Notes: generated by a model not told the origin, from the sequence alone. 64,000 nt of DNA from an uncultured Chthonomonadaceae bacterium (GCA_963835065.1 CAWIEK010000001.1:64001-128000); one strand, 5' to 3'. Positions 8,820 through 20,041 are shown, counted from the stretch's first letter. Numbers and translations: made by a program.

Positions 8820-11800
8820 CTAAGAGGACCAATGATCCGAGAGGGCTTCGGCCTGCTTGAGGACGAGATTAATGGCTTCTTCTTCTCCCGTTGGGCGGGT
8901 ATTTCCATTTCTTGAGCGTGCGCCGGACGAGAATACGCAGACGAGCGCGAACGCTCTCCTGCTTCTGCCAGTCTACCGTTGTGCTGGCGCGAAGTTTCTC
9001 CGTGATTTCTACGGCTATTTTTTTCAATGTGTCATCGCCCAATTCGCGAACTGCGCCTTCGTTGTCGGCAAGCGCGTCGTAAAAAGCCACTTCGTCAGGC
9101 GTCAGGCCAAGCGCGTCTTCCCGGTGCAGCGTGGCCTGATATTCTTTCGCCATCTGAATCAGTTCTTCGATAACCTGCGCTGTTTCAATAGCTCGGTTGT
9201 GGTAGCGGCGCAGGGCTTCAGCCAGTTTTTCGGAGAACTTCGTTTCCTGTACAACGTTGGCGCGGGTTCGGGATTGAATGGCGTCGCGCAGCAGGCGTTC
9301 CAAGAGCGCCAAGGCAAGGTTTTTCTTCGGCATCGCGCGCACGTCTTCAAGAAATTTATCCGACAGCAGCCCGATGTTGGGCTTTTCCAGTCCCGCAAGC
9401 GCGAATATGTCTTCTACACCCTGGGCAAGAACGGCATTATCTAAAATGCGCTTTAACAGCGTATGTTTTTCGGCTTCGGCGCGTTTTTTATCTATCGTCG
9501 TGTACTTCAGGATTGCCGCGCGAACGGCCTCCATGAAAGCGATTTCCGTGCGGAATTCCAGCGCGGCATCCAGCGTTCCGCAAAGCGCTTCGGCTTTGGT
9601 CAGCGCGGTCATCGCGTCCAGAAAACGCTCTTTCTTGCCGGGAACTGACAGGATGTGATCGGCGGCAGGCACGAGCAGGGCAATGGCATCGGTTTCAAAG
9701 TCGCTGTAATCGAAGCCGTGAAACAGGCCGCGCACCGTATCTAATTTGCCCACCATGACGGTAAACGCCTGCGAGGTATCCACAGCGGGCTGCCCCTTGC
9801 CGTTTGCTTCCACATAGTTTTTGAGGGCGGCGCGCAGGTCGGGCGCAATGCCGATGTAATCCACTACGAGGCCACCGGGCTTGTCCCCGAATACGCGATT
9901 TACGCGGGCAATGGCCTGCATCAGATTGTGTCCGTGCATGGGTTTGTCAACGTACATCGTGTGGCAGCAGGGCGCGTCGAAACCGGTCAGCCACATGTCG
10001 CGCACGATTACCAGTTGCAGCGGATCGTTGGGGTCTTTGAACCGGCGCTCCAATCGTTTTTTCGTCAGCGCACTGTACAGATGCGGATGCAGCAGGGGTT
10101 TATCTGCCGCCGAACCCGTCATAACCACTTTGATTGCGCCCTTTTCCGGGTCGGGATCGTGCCAATGGGGACGCAGGGCAATGATTTCCTGATACAGCAG
10201 GGCGCATATATCGCGGCTCATGGCGACAATCATGCCTTTGCCGGGAAAGAGGGAGGTTCGGTTCTCGAAGTGGGTGACAAGATCGGCGGCGACTTCCTCA
10301 AGCCGGGGTTTCGCGCCGACCAGAGCCGCAAGCTGCGACCACACACTCTTGGTTTTCTCCCGCGTCAGCAGGTCTTCCTCGTCCTCAACCACTTCCTCAA
10401 CCTGCGCGCTCAGGGTTTCGATTTGCTGACGGTTGATGTCCAGTTTGGCAAGGCGGCTTTCGTAATAGATTTGAACCGTCGCGCCATCCTGAACGGCGTC
10501 CTGAATATCGTAGATGCTGATGTAATCGCCGAAAACGGCGCGGGTGTCTTTGTCTTCGCGGGACAGGGGCGTTCCGGTAAAGCCGATGAAGGTGGCGTTG
10601 GGCAGGGCGTCGCGCAGGTGTTTGGCGTAGCCGTACACGTACTGCCCGGTTTTGGTATCCAGGCGGGCTTTTGTTCCGTACTGGCTGCGGTGCGCCTCGT
10701 CGGAAATGACCACAATGTTGTCGCGCAGGGAAAGCGGAGGATGTTGCGCCTCGGCATCAAGGAGGGCAAACTTCTGTATCGTGGTGAAAACAATGCCGCC
10801 GGACTCGCGCTCGGACAGTTTTGTACGCAGGTCGTCGCGGCTTTCGGCCTGTTCGGGCGTCTGGCGCAGCAGGTCGCGGGCGGCAAGGAACGTGCCGAAA
10901 AGCTGACTGTCCAGATCGTTACGGTCGGTGACGACAACAAACGTCGGGTTCCGCATTTCCGACTGCTGCTGCAGTTTGCCGGAGTAACAGACCATTGTGA
11001 CGCTTTTGCCCGATCCCTGCGTGTGCCAGACAACGCCCGCTTTTTTCGATCCCGGCTCTACTTTGTCGCCATAGGTGGCCCGTTCTTCGAGCAGGGCGTG
11101 TTCCCGTTCCGCGCTGCTGCGGGACGCGATGAGGGTGACACGCACGGCTTCACGGACGGCATGAAACTGATGATACCCGGCGATTTTCTTTACCAGCCGG
11201 TCGCCATCCGGCTCGAAAAGGACGAAATAGCGGATGTAATCGAGGAACCGTTCCGGGTCGAACAGGCCGCGTATCAGGGTTTCCAGTTCGTATTCCACAA
11301 GCGGCTGGTCGTCCTCATTGCGGATGGAACGCCAGGGCAGAAACCGTTCCCGGTCAGCGGTAAGCGAGCCGAACCGGGCGGTCAGGCCGTCGCTGATAAC
11401 CAGAACTTCATTCGTGGTCATCAGGTCGCTGATTTCGGCTTTATAGGTTTGCAGTTGGTTGTAAGCGTCCCAAATGTCGGCGTTGGTATCTGCGGGGTTC
11501 TTGAGTTCCAGCACGGCAAGGGGCAGGCCGTTGACGAAGGCAACCATGTCGGGGCGGCGGTTCTGATAAGGGCCGGAAACGGTGAACTGATTGACAACCA
11601 GAAAGTCGTTGCGGGTGGGATTGCTGAAATCTATCAGGTAGGCAACATCGGCTTCCTTGCGCCCGCCGCGCTCCACTTCGACGGGTACGCCGTCCAGCAA
11701 TAGGCGATGAAACGGGCGGTTGCGCCCGACAAGAAGGGGATCGCTGAGGGCATGAACGGCATGAACGGCCTGCTCCAGCGCGGCGGGAGACAGATGGGGA

Positions 11801-11970
11801 TTGAGACGGGCGAGGGCAGCCGGAAAGCGCCGGTTCAGCACAACCTCTTTCCAGTCGGCGCGTTCGGGCGTATCGCTGTCGGGCGCAATCGTCGCGCCAT
11901 GCACATAGCCCCAACCCGCTTCCTGAAACCAGCCAATCGCCAGTTTTTCCAATTGCGCTTCGGTAATCAT
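8820..11970 (-). CDS. hsdR: Type I restriction enzyme subunit R; 1-nt frameshift near the C-terminus
   Basis: RPDMVAFVNGLPL..ELK, HTQGSGKS, DEAH, LTGFDAP, QAIARVNR; alternative frame after KYPP gives EEEAINLVLKQAEALSDHWSS* ending 8820 (ORF track stops at 8869). Confidence 0.92.
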
Positions 11971-12012
11971 CTCGCCTCCTCCTTCATTTCTAATTCACTC
12001 CCGGCGGGCGGC

Positions 12013-13303
12013 TTATTCAGGAAACGCGCCGGAAAGAAGTTTGGGGAGAAGCGTATCTCGAATGGCGGCTAAGGTGAGGGATTCTTTTTCAGCAAGCGTG
12101 ATGCGGTCATACATAGGCGCGACCATTTTCTCGTAGGCAGACAGAACAGTCTTGCCGGGCAGGATTACGGGAAGCGGTCGGAAACTGGACTTGCTGATTT
12201 CCAGAAACGTAGAGCCATTCGCATGGGCTTTGATTGTTTCCAGATTTACTTTTGCCCAATTAAGAAGAAATACTGAGGGTACGCCTTTGGTTGGCTTCAT
12301 GGCGATAAACCCTTGATTGATGGCTACGGGAATTTCGGTTATGGCAATATAGCCAATCGGTGCGCGTGAAGACATGAGAAGCGTACCTTTCGGCAACAGC
12401 CCCGAACTAATTGTATTCAATCCTTCCTGAGTAATCCGCCGTTCTGTGGCAAGGAGAACAGGCAAAGTTAGTTTGGACATATCTTTTGGCGTTACCCAGG
12501 CAATGTCACCGTTCCAAAACTTATCTTCCGCTGTGCTGGGAGTGCCGCCGCCAACAATGTCTGCACATTCCCCAATAGGCTTCACTTGCCATTGCTGAGG
12601 AACTTCACCAATCTTGGATGCAACAAGGCTATCAGGAAACAAGGATGCCATATCAGCAAGAGAGGCAAAGGCTTCGGCAGGCAATGCGTCAAGTTCCGCG
12701 TCCGTCTTGCCACTAATCGCCGTCATTGCGGCGCGTTCGGGGCTGTGTCCTTCCGCCAGAGCCTTCATCTTTGCCTTCACCGGATCGAAGTTCACGAACC
12801 ACGATTGGAAGATGGTTCGCGCTATTTCCTCTAACGTCGCGCAGATTTGACGATTGAGTTCTATTTTGTCGTCCAATGCTCCAAGAAATCTGAAATAGCT
12901 CTTTGTTGCTCTAATGTTCGAGGCCACATTACCGGCAGGGGGTGAACATGATTACGATTGAGAGTAGGATTCGAGGTTCCAACATCAAGGGTTGTCAGCA
13001 CCGGAGCGAAATACAAGAAAAAGTAGTAAACGAAGCGTGGGTCATTCCCTTTGAAGTCTTTGACCCATAAGGTTGTATCATGGGGCCAATAGGGGCTGTT
13101 GATGTAATAAACTGTTCCTACAGTCCCTTTACGGCCAAGAATAACGCCAGGCCCTTCAGACAAAGCACGATTATGATAACTGGACACGCCTCCAGACTGA
13201 CTACCGGAATCGCGCCTGCTATTTGCTGAGTTTTGGTAATATCCGCGCCGCGCTGTAGTGTCAGCTGATCGCCAATAGTTGTTTCATACCACTCAACTTG
13301 CAA
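12013..13303 (-). CDS. hsdS: Type I RM specificity subunit S, split by two 1-nt frameshifts (~13195 and ~12885)
   Basis: GGAGG SD + TTG 13303; TRD1 (GRKGTVG), LDDKIELNRQ spacer, TRD2 (GGGTPST, SSRAPIG, NQGF), RDTLLPKLLSG end. Confidence 0.85.
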
Positions 13304-13339
13304 TATCTACCTCCATTTACACAGCCGGACATATTCTTG

Positions 13340-13471
13340 CCAGGGGTTGAAAACCCCTGTCTATGTGGCGTTCCGCCAAGCGTCCTACGGACGCAGAACA
13401 CTGTACATAAAGAATTCCGTCCGTAGGACGCTTGGCCGCAGGCCATACAGACAGTGGTTTTCAACCCCTGG
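13340..13471. repeat. REPIN/MITE-like palindromic element, family P copy 1
   Basis: CCAGGGGTTGAAAACC ... GGTTTTCAACCCCTGG; inner GTCCTACGGAC/GTCCGTAGGAC; homologous to 56387-56520, 39744-39900, 60191-60377. Confidence 0.8.
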
Positions 13472-15140
13472 TTAAAGGTATCGTGTAGTGAAATGCCATT
13501 AAACTTTTCGTCACTTGTGCTTCTAACTTAGTGTTCTCCTCAAACTGCTTGTAAAGTAGCTTCGTCAACCGCGCCATCTTCTCCGCAAACAGTTCCCCAT
13601 CCTCTGCAACATCTGCTCTTTCGACATAACGCCCAGGAGTAAGAATGTACTCACTATGGCGTATCTTCTCTAATGTTACTGCTTCACAAAAGCCAGGTAC
13701 GTCCACGTAACATTCACCGCTCTGCCACCTGTAAAATGCCCCGGCTATGTTGTGAATATCTTCCTGTCTGAAGTCGCGCAGAACGCGGTCTTTCAGGTAG
13801 CCTTTTTGCCGGGCGTCTATGAACAGGAACTCGCCCTTGCGGTTGCGCTTTGCGCTGTTGCTTGTGCCGCGCTCCTGCTTGTTTTTGGTGAGAATCCAGA
13901 TGCAGGCGGGAATCTGCGTGTTGGTGAACAGTTGACCGGGCAGGGCGACGATGCACTCCACCAGATCGGCCTCAATGAGATTTTTGCGGATTTCGCCCTC
14001 GTTGTTGGTGTTGGAACTCATGGAGCCGTTTGCCAGCAGGAGGGCCATGCTGCCGGTCGGCGCAAGATGGTACAGCATGTGCTGCATCCACGCGAAGTTG
14101 GCGTTGTTGGCGGGCGGGGTTCCGTGCTGCCAGCGCGGATCGTTTTCTTCGCGGCCCCACTCCTTCATGTTGAAGGGCGGGTTCGCCATCACGTAATCGG
14201 CGCGGAGGTCGGGATGCTGGTCGTTGCGGAACGAGTCGGCGGGGCCGTCGCCAAAGTCGAATTCAATGCCCCGTATCGCCATGTTCATCGCGGCCAGCCG
14301 CCACGTTGTCGGGTTGCTTTCCTGCCCGTACACGCTGATGGCTCCGATTCTGCCGCCCACTTCCTCAACAAACTCCTCGCTTTGCACGAAGAAGCCGCCG
14401 GAACCCATCGCCGGGTCGTACACGCGCCCCTGAAACGGGCGCAGCATTTGCACGATGAGGGTGACAATGCTTTTGGGCGTGTAATACTGCCCGCCCTTTT
14501 TGCCCTCGGCCTGCGCGAACTCGCCCAGGAAATACTCGTAAACGTGGCCTAAAATGTCCTTGCTTTTCAGGCTCAGGGGCTGTCCATTGTACTCCCGCGC
14601 GCTGAAGTTGGTGCTGCTGAACAGATCAATCAGGCCGGTCAGCGTGGTTTCCGGCACTTCGTATCGGGTGAAAGCGTCGGCAGCCAGCACCTTTTTCAGT
14701 TTGGCGTTGTCGTTGCCAAGCGCGGCCAGGGCGTCATCAAGCAGAAAGCGGACGCCGCGCATTTTCTTGTTCCAGGGCAGGATTTCGCCATTGGCAAGTT
14801 TGGCGTTGTCGCGCAGGTTGTTCCAGCGCGCCTCGAGGGGAACCCAAAAAACGTTCACTTCACGGTAGTAATCGCGGTTTTCCAGTTCCGTTTCGATGTC
14901 GTCTTCCAGCGTCAGGCCGTAGTCCGCCGCGTCCATGTAATACTCATCGCCGGGATCGCGGAACTTGCGCGCCAACTCCTGCCGCCGATCCTCGAAAGCG
15001 TCACTGGTGTATTTCAGGAAGATCAGCCCCAGCACGACATGCTTGTAGACCGCCGCATCCAGGGAGGAGCGCAGGCGATCCGCCGCGTTCCACATCTTCT
15101 TGTCAAGATCGTTGAGGAACTGCTGTTCCGTAGTGTTCAT
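13461..15140 (-). CDS. hsdM: Type I RM N6-adenine methyltransferase subunit M
   Basis: GQYYTPKSIV, DPAMGSGGF, ANPPFN; HsdM N-terminal WNAADRLR. Confidence 0.95.
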   Translation of the reverse strand: MNTTEQQFLNDLDKKMWNAADRLRSSLDAAVYKHVVLGLIFLKYTSDAFEDRRQELARKFRDPGDEYYMDAADYGLTLEDDIETELENRDYYREVNVFWVPLEARWNNLRDNAKLANGEILPWNKKMRGVRFLLDDALAALGNDNAKLKKVLAADAFTRYEVPETTLTGLIDLFSSTNFSAREYNGQPLSLKSKDILGHVYEYFLGEFAQAEGKKGGQYYTPKSIVTLIVQMLRPFQGRVYDPAMGSGGFFVQSEEFVEEVGGRIGAISVYGQESNPTTWRLAAMNMAIRGIEFDFGDGPADSFRNDQHPDLRADYVMANPPFNMKEWGREENDPRWQHGTPPANNANFAWMQHMLYHLAPTGSMALLLANGSMSSNTNNEGEIRKNLIEADLVECIVALPGQLFTNTQIPACIWILTKNKQERGTSNSAKRNRKGEFLFIDARQKGYLKDRVLRDFRQEDIHNIAGAFYRWQSGECYVDVPGFCEAVTLEKIRHSEYILTPGRYVERADVAEDGELFAEKMARLTKLLYKQFEENTKLEAQVTKSLMAFHYTIPLTRG

Positions 15141-15235
15141 ACTGTCCTCTGGCTATGGGGTTCCCATAAACAATTACTTGCCGCGTCCGCAGGCAACCGG
15201 AACCATAATTCGCCATCCAGCCGAAAATACCTGCT
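14694..15235. repeat. Direct repeat copy 1 (hsdM 5' end plus ~95 nt upstream)
   Basis: Aligns with 20042-20583 at offset 5348. Confidence 0.92.
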
Positions 15236-15370
15236 AATCCTCGCAGGCGAGCGTTCAGAAAGAAACATAACTTGCAGGAAGCTGTTGACTGGATGGTCGG
15301 AATGTGTCAAGGATTTTGAGACAAAAAAGTGAAAGTATTATTATGTAGCGAGCAGTCACTTTCTGCAACG

Positions 15371-16405
15371 TTACACCGCGCAAACAGCCGCTGCCGTTGC
15401 TTCTACACAAAGAGCAGGCGCATTGATCCAGACGACAGCGGGCAACTTTCCTGCCTGCGGACGCGCCTTGAAGCGTTCGGGATGGGCGGCATAGGCTTTA
15501 TCTAAAGTGATCTGCCGTTGCGCCAACAACTGGGGCGCGTCCCCGAAATGCACCTGTTCGGGCGTGAGCAGCACCAAGGCGGTATGGTGATGCTGGGTGT
15601 TATACCAGACAAAGTAGTCCTGGCAGAAGGTCTGCGCGTCTTCCTGTGTGCCGAAGCGCTCCGGGAAGTGGGCGCTGTACTTCATCGTTTTGAACCCGGC
15701 TTCCGAGTACGGGTTGTCGTTGCTCACCCGCGGGCGGCTGTGCGAACGGTTCACCTGCAACTCCAATAAGAGTTGCTCGACCGGCTTGCTTTTCATCGGT
15801 CCGCCTCGATCCGCATGGATGGTGAGTTGGTTGGGCGCAATGTGGTATTTACGACAGGTTTCTTGCAGCAGCTTGTGTGCCAGGAGGGCGCACTCGCGTT
15901 CGGCCAGCATCCAGCCAACGACATAGCGGCTGTAAATGTTGATCACCACATATAAGTAGTAGAAGCGTCCCCGGATGGGCGTCTTCAAGTAGGTGATGTC
16001 CCACGTCCATACCTGGTTCGGACCCATTGCCTTGAGTTCGGGCTTGCTGTACGCCGGATGTCTGCGCACCTTGCGCCGCTCACACACGGCCTGATGTTCG
16101 TGCAACAGGCGGTACATGGTGCGGTACGAAGCGTGATACACGCCTTCTTGCAGCAGTTGCGCATACACCTGGCGCGGCGAAGCATCCACAAAGCGCTCCG
16201 AGAGCAGCAGGTTGAGCAAAAGGGCGCGTTCCTCTTCCGAAAGGCGACGAGGAGAACCCCGTTGTGCTTTGGAGAGAAGAACGGGTTCGGGCGCTGTCTT
16301 CGTGCGGGCACGTCGCTCCCGATAGAAGCGGGCGCGGCTGTAGCCGACGGCAGCACAGGCGCGTCCCAGGCCGGTCGTTGCGCCCGCTTCGGCAATGAGG
16401 CTTAT
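15371..16405 (-). CDS. IS3 transposase OrfB (DDE)
   Basis: WTWDITY, HADRG, DNPYSEAGFKTMK; frame open back past the orfA stop. Confidence 0.9.
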   Translation of the reverse strand: MSLIAEAGATTGLGRACAAVGYSRARFYRERRARTKTAPEPVLLSKAQRGSPRRLSEEERALLLNLLLSERFVDASPRQVYAQLLQEGVYHASYRTMYRLLHEHQAVCERRKVRRHPAYSKPELKAMGPNQVWTWDITYLKTPIRGRFYYLYVVINIYSRYVVGWMLAERECALLAHKLLQETCRKYHIAPNQLTIHADRGGPMKSKPVEQLLLELQVNRSHSRPRVSNDNPYSEAGFKTMKYSAHFPERFGTQEDAQTFCQDYFVWYNTQHHHTALVLLTPEQVHFGDAPQLLAQRQITLDKAYAAHPERFKARPQAGKLPAVVWINAPALCVEATAAAVCAV

Positions 16406-16839
16406 TCGCTCGGGGTCTCGGCCAGCGAGAGGTCGAGCAAGGCCGCCACTTTTTTTTGGAGTTCCAGCAGCACGCGCAACTTCTGGTTCTCGGTTTCGAG
16501 CGCGGCCAGGCGACGGGCATCGCGTTGGCGGGCGGCTTCTTTGTCTTTGCGCTGCTGCGCCTGAGCCGGGTTCGTTTCCCCCAGTTTGCCCGCCGTGCGC
16601 AGTTTGCGGAAGTTGGCGAGTGTGGAGGAGTACAGCCCTTCGCGGCGAAGTAACGCGCCCAACTCTCCCGGCTGGGTGCAGGCATCCGCTTCTTTCAGGA
16701 TACGCGCCTTGTAGGCAGTCGTGAAGCGGCGGCGCGAAGCGCGCTCAGGAACCTGCGGATCGGGACGCAAGGCGGTGGACGGCGCATGTCCGTTGTTGGC
16801 GAACTTGGTTGCCGGGTTGTCTGTCAATGGCGTATTCAT
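16402..16839 (-). CDS. IS3 transposase OrfA (HTH)
   Basis: RRRFTTAYKARIL, LLRREGLYSS; A8G slippery run near the 3' end. Confidence 0.88.
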   Translation of the reverse strand: MNTPLTDNPATKFANNGHAPSTALRPDPQVPERASRRRFTTAYKARILKEADACTQPGELGALLRREGLYSSTLANFRKLRTAGKLGETNPAQAQQRKDKEAARQRDARRLAALETENQKLRVLLELQKKVAALLDLSLAETPSE

Positions 16840-17107
16840 CTGAGAAATCCTCTTCTCCGCCCTGGCGATCTACACTATTTCGTGTACGGGATTCTGTCTC
16901 ACACCATTATGGCACATAGGGGGTGAAAGATGTGGCGAGAAGATGGAAAGCCTGCCGCCGTTCGCAGACAGATTGCCCCGTAATACTTCACAGGAGATAA
17001 AACAGGCCATAGCAAACGGTATGCGCACGGTTCGTACCTATGTGCAAATAGAGGCTTCTGAAACAAAACCAGTGTACAAAGCGTCACATAATAGCACAGG
17101 AGCAAAT

Positions 17108-17998
17108 ATGGACAGGATTGAGCGCGCTTGGTTTGATTTGAAATTTGAGGTAAGTTACCTGCGAAGTCGGGGCGATGCTTTTCAGGAACTCTTCGCTAAC
17201 ATCATGGGACGCTGCCATCCCAACGACTTTATAAAAGTACGCCCCTGGGGCAACGTTGGCGACCGCAAAAACGACGGTTATCTGCGCTCGGAACGGCTGT
17301 TGTTTCAGTGCTATGCCCCTAATGAAATGACGGCAGACAAAGCCCTCAGCAAAATCAACGAAGATTTCATGGAGTGTTTGCCACACTGGCAGCAGCATTT
17401 TGATGAATGGATATTTGTGCATAACGCCGATAACGGATTAGGGCCGCAGGTGACGGCCCTCTTGCTGGAATTGAAACAACTATATGCCCCGCTTCGCGTT
17501 GGTCATTGGGGACTGGTGGAAATACAGAACCGTTTTCGCCGCCTCCGTTTGGAAGACTGTGTTGCCTTATATGGTCTTGCACCCACGCAGGAAGCAGTTA
17601 CACAGGTGCGCGCCGCCGATATAGCCGGATTGTTAACAGCAATTACTATTATGCCCGAAGTCTCGACCGGCGCGATCCATCCGGTTCCTGTTGACAAACT
17701 GGACATCAATGGTCTATCCTCCAATGCAGCCATTTTGCTGGACGCCGGACGTCGCAAATCAACGGTCGTGAATCTCTTCTTTTCGCGCTATCCTGATCCC
17801 CGCTTTGGAGATCAGGTCGCGGAAGCGTTCAAGCAACGTTATCGCGAAGTACGCGAACAGCAGTTTCTGCCTGATGCCATTTTTGATGAGATGCTCATGT
17901 TTGCCGGGTTCGGTCAGCCCACCCATCGGGCAGCAGCGCTGGCGCTAGTCGCGCATTTGTTCGATACCTGCGACATTTTTGAAGGAACTCGGGGCTGA
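17108..17998 (+). CDS. ABC-three-component effector (REase-like N-terminus + CTD), LmuA-like
   Basis: GDRKNDGY..FQCYAP PD-(D/E)xK-like motif; C-terminal LFDTCDIFE; AGGAG SD before ATG 17108. Confidence 0.75.
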   Translation: MDRIERAWFDLKFEVSYLRSRGDAFQELFANIMGRCHPNDFIKVRPWGNVGDRKNDGYLRSERLLFQCYAPNEMTADKALSKINEDFMECLPHWQQHFDEWIFVHNADNGLGPQVTALLLELKQLYAPLRVGHWGLVEIQNRFRRLRLEDCVALYGLAPTQEAVTQVRAADIAGLLTAITIMPEVSTGAIHPVPVDKLDINGLSSNAAILLDAGRRKSTVVNLFFSRYPDPRFGDQVAEAFKQRYREVREQQFLPDAIFDEMLMFAGFGQPTHRAAALALVAHLFDTCDIFEGTRG

Positions 17999-18001
17999 CG
18001 C

Positions 18002-18247
18002 ATGATCTTGCCAACCAAACGTATTACACAACATCAGGCGCTTTTAACCATTGGCGGCGACGTTCTCGCGCTCCTGAACACGCCCCGTACTGTTTCTTAT
18101 GTGTGGCGCTCCATCAAGGAACGCCGCAGCGCATTATCCGAAACCGAAACACTTACCTACGACTGGTTTATTCTGGCTCTGGATTTGCTTAATATTCTGG
18201 GACTGGTTGAATTTCGCAATGGCCGCTTGCGAAAGGTACGCTCATGA
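18002..18247 (+). CDS. ABC-three-component middle component (MC6-like)
   Basis: 81 aa; MILPTK...WFILALDLL..LGLV; lies between effector and ATPase. Confidence 0.75.
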   Translation: MILPTKRITQHQALLTIGGDVLALLNTPRTVSYVWRSIKERRSALSETETLTYDWFILALDLLNILGLVEFRNGRLRKVRS

Positions 18248-20013
18248 TTCGCCGTACATTCAGCACATTACCGACCTTCAAGGCTATGGAATTCCATTCC
18301 GGGCTGAATATTGTGCTGTCTGAAAAAAGCAAGGAAGCCACGCTTCGCCACACACGCAACCGCGCCGGCAAAACTAGCCTGATTGAATTGTTTCATTTTC
18401 TGCTTGGCGCGAATTGCTCCACAGACTGTTTGTTCCGCCACGATGCGTTGCGCGGCGAACGTTTCGGAATGGAGTTCGACCTGGACGGCAAAAATATTGT
18501 CGTTGAGCGTTCAGGAACGTCTCCTACCAACGTTCTGCTGCCTGTCGCGGATACCCTTCTATGGCCCAAAAAACCTGCCAAAGACAAGTCCACTGGCGAG
18601 TGGTATCTGTCCAACACTCACTGGAAAACAGTTCTGGCGCAGATGATATTCGGCTTGCGCGGCGATGATGATGAACTGAACACGAAATTCACTCCCACAT
18701 TTCGCTCATTGCTCGCCTACTTTATCCGGCGACAGTCGGCGAATGGCTTTATCGAGCCTGTACGCCAATCCGAGGAACAGCAAACCTGGGATCAGCAGGT
18801 CGCCATTACCTATCTCATAGGGCTGGACTGGACAATTCCGCAGGCATGGCAGCAGGTGCGTCAGCGTGAAAGGGCGCTGGACAACCTGCGCGCCGCCGCC
18901 AAACAAGGGCTATTAGGTGACAGTATTGGAACAGCGGCCGCGCTTCGCACCCAGTTGACCAGCGCGGAAGAAGCTGTTCGCCGTATGCGCGAAAATGTTC
19001 AGCAGTTTCGTGTTCTGCATGAATACCATAGTTTTGAGGTTGAAGCATCGGAAATTACGGGGCAGCTAAACGCCATTGCGGACGCAAACACTTCAGATCG
19101 CCAGCTTCTTAAAGAACTACTGGACGCGCTTGATAACGAAAAAGCCTCTCTTCCTGTCTTGGATGATTTGGCGCGATTATATTCAGAAGCGGGATTGGTT
19201 TTGCCTGATGCAGTCAAACAACGCTATGAAGATGTTCAAAAATTTCATAAATCTGTAATACAAAATCGCCGGACAAGCCTGCAAAATGAGATTTCTGAAA
19301 TTCGATTGAGACTGGTGCGGCGCGATGAGGAGAAGCGAAATCTTGATTTGCGTAAAGCCCAACTGATGAGCATATTACAGGCGCATGGCGCATTGGAAAA
19401 CTATACGGCGCTGCAATCGGAGCTGTCGCGCCTGGAAGCCCGCGCCGACTTCTTACGCGAACGCTATAAATCTGCGGAGGCATGGGAGAGCCAGTCTAAA
19501 TTGCTGGAGGCGGAGCGGTCCAGTCTTGCTATCCGCCTGCTGCAAAACTTTCGTGAAGAAGAAGAAACCTTGCGCCGCGCTATCCTTGCTTTTGAGGACA
19601 TTTCTAATCTGCTATATGGCAAGCAATGCGGCAGCCTGACGATTAGCGAAACCGCCGACGGCCCGGAGTTCAAAACAGAAATACAGGGCGCCACAAGTCG
19701 AGGCATCAATAACATGCAGATATTCTGCTTCGATATGATGTTGATGCAGTTGAGCATAGAACAAAAAAGAGGCCCGGGATTTCTCATTCACGACAGCCAT
19801 TTGTTTGACGGCGTAGATAATCGTCAGATTGGCAATGCCCTGAAAGTAGGAGCGGAATTGGCGGATAAGTTCGGTTTCCAATATATTGTTACAATGAACT
19901 CGGACGATATGCCAACAGAGTGTCCTGACGGCTTCTGCGTAGATAATTATATTTTGCCGATAACACTAACAGATGCTACCGAAAATGGCGGATTGTTCGG
20001 TAAGCGATTTTAA
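18244..20013 (+). CDS. ABC-3C coiled-coil ATPase (DUF2326, LmuB-like)
   Basis: RNRAGKT Walker A, long coiled coil, FLIHDSHLFDGVD, QYIVTMN; ATGA overlap. Confidence 0.85.
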   Translation: MIRRTFSTLPTFKAMEFHSGLNIVLSEKSKEATLRHTRNRAGKTSLIELFHFLLGANCSTDCLFRHDALRGERFGMEFDLDGKNIVVERSGTSPTNVLLPVADTLLWPKKPAKDKSTGEWYLSNTHWKTVLAQMIFGLRGDDDELNTKFTPTFRSLLAYFIRRQSANGFIEPVRQSEEQQTWDQQVAITYLIGLDWTIPQAWQQVRQRERALDNLRAAAKQGLLGDSIGTAAALRTQLTSAEEAVRRMRENVQQFRVLHEYHSFEVEASEITGQLNAIADANTSDRQLLKELLDALDNEKASLPVLDDLARLYSEAGLVLPDAVKQRYEDVQKFHKSVIQNRRTSLQNEISEIRLRLVRRDEEKRNLDLRKAQLMSILQAHGALENYTALQSELSRLEARADFLRERYKSAEAWESQSKLLEAERSSLAIRLLQNFREEEETLRRAILAFEDISNLLYGKQCGSLTISETADGPEFKTEIQGATSRGINNMQIFCFDMMLMQLSIEQKRGPGFLIHDSHLFDGVDNRQIGNALKVGAELADKFGFQYIVTMNSDDMPTECPDGFCVDNYILPITLTDATENGGLFGKRF

Positions 20014-20041
20014 TGTTGTCGCTATTGGGAATTTTGCCCGA

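Larger units (their letters stand above)
15298..16921 (-). mobile_element. IS3-family insertion sequence
   Basis: orfA+orfB; imperfect ends TGTGCCA..TGAGACA (16916-16895) and TGTGTCA..TGAGACA (15303-15323); exact ends +/- few nt, no clear target duplication. Confidence 0.85.

Noticed and set aside
12013..13303. Phase-variable or shufflon-type hsdS
   Set aside because: Indels are not in long repeat tracts; no extra TRDs or recombinase; similar indels occur throughout the window
16943..17107. N-terminal extension of the ABC-3C effector in the ORF track
   Set aside because: Better SD and domain start at ATG 17108
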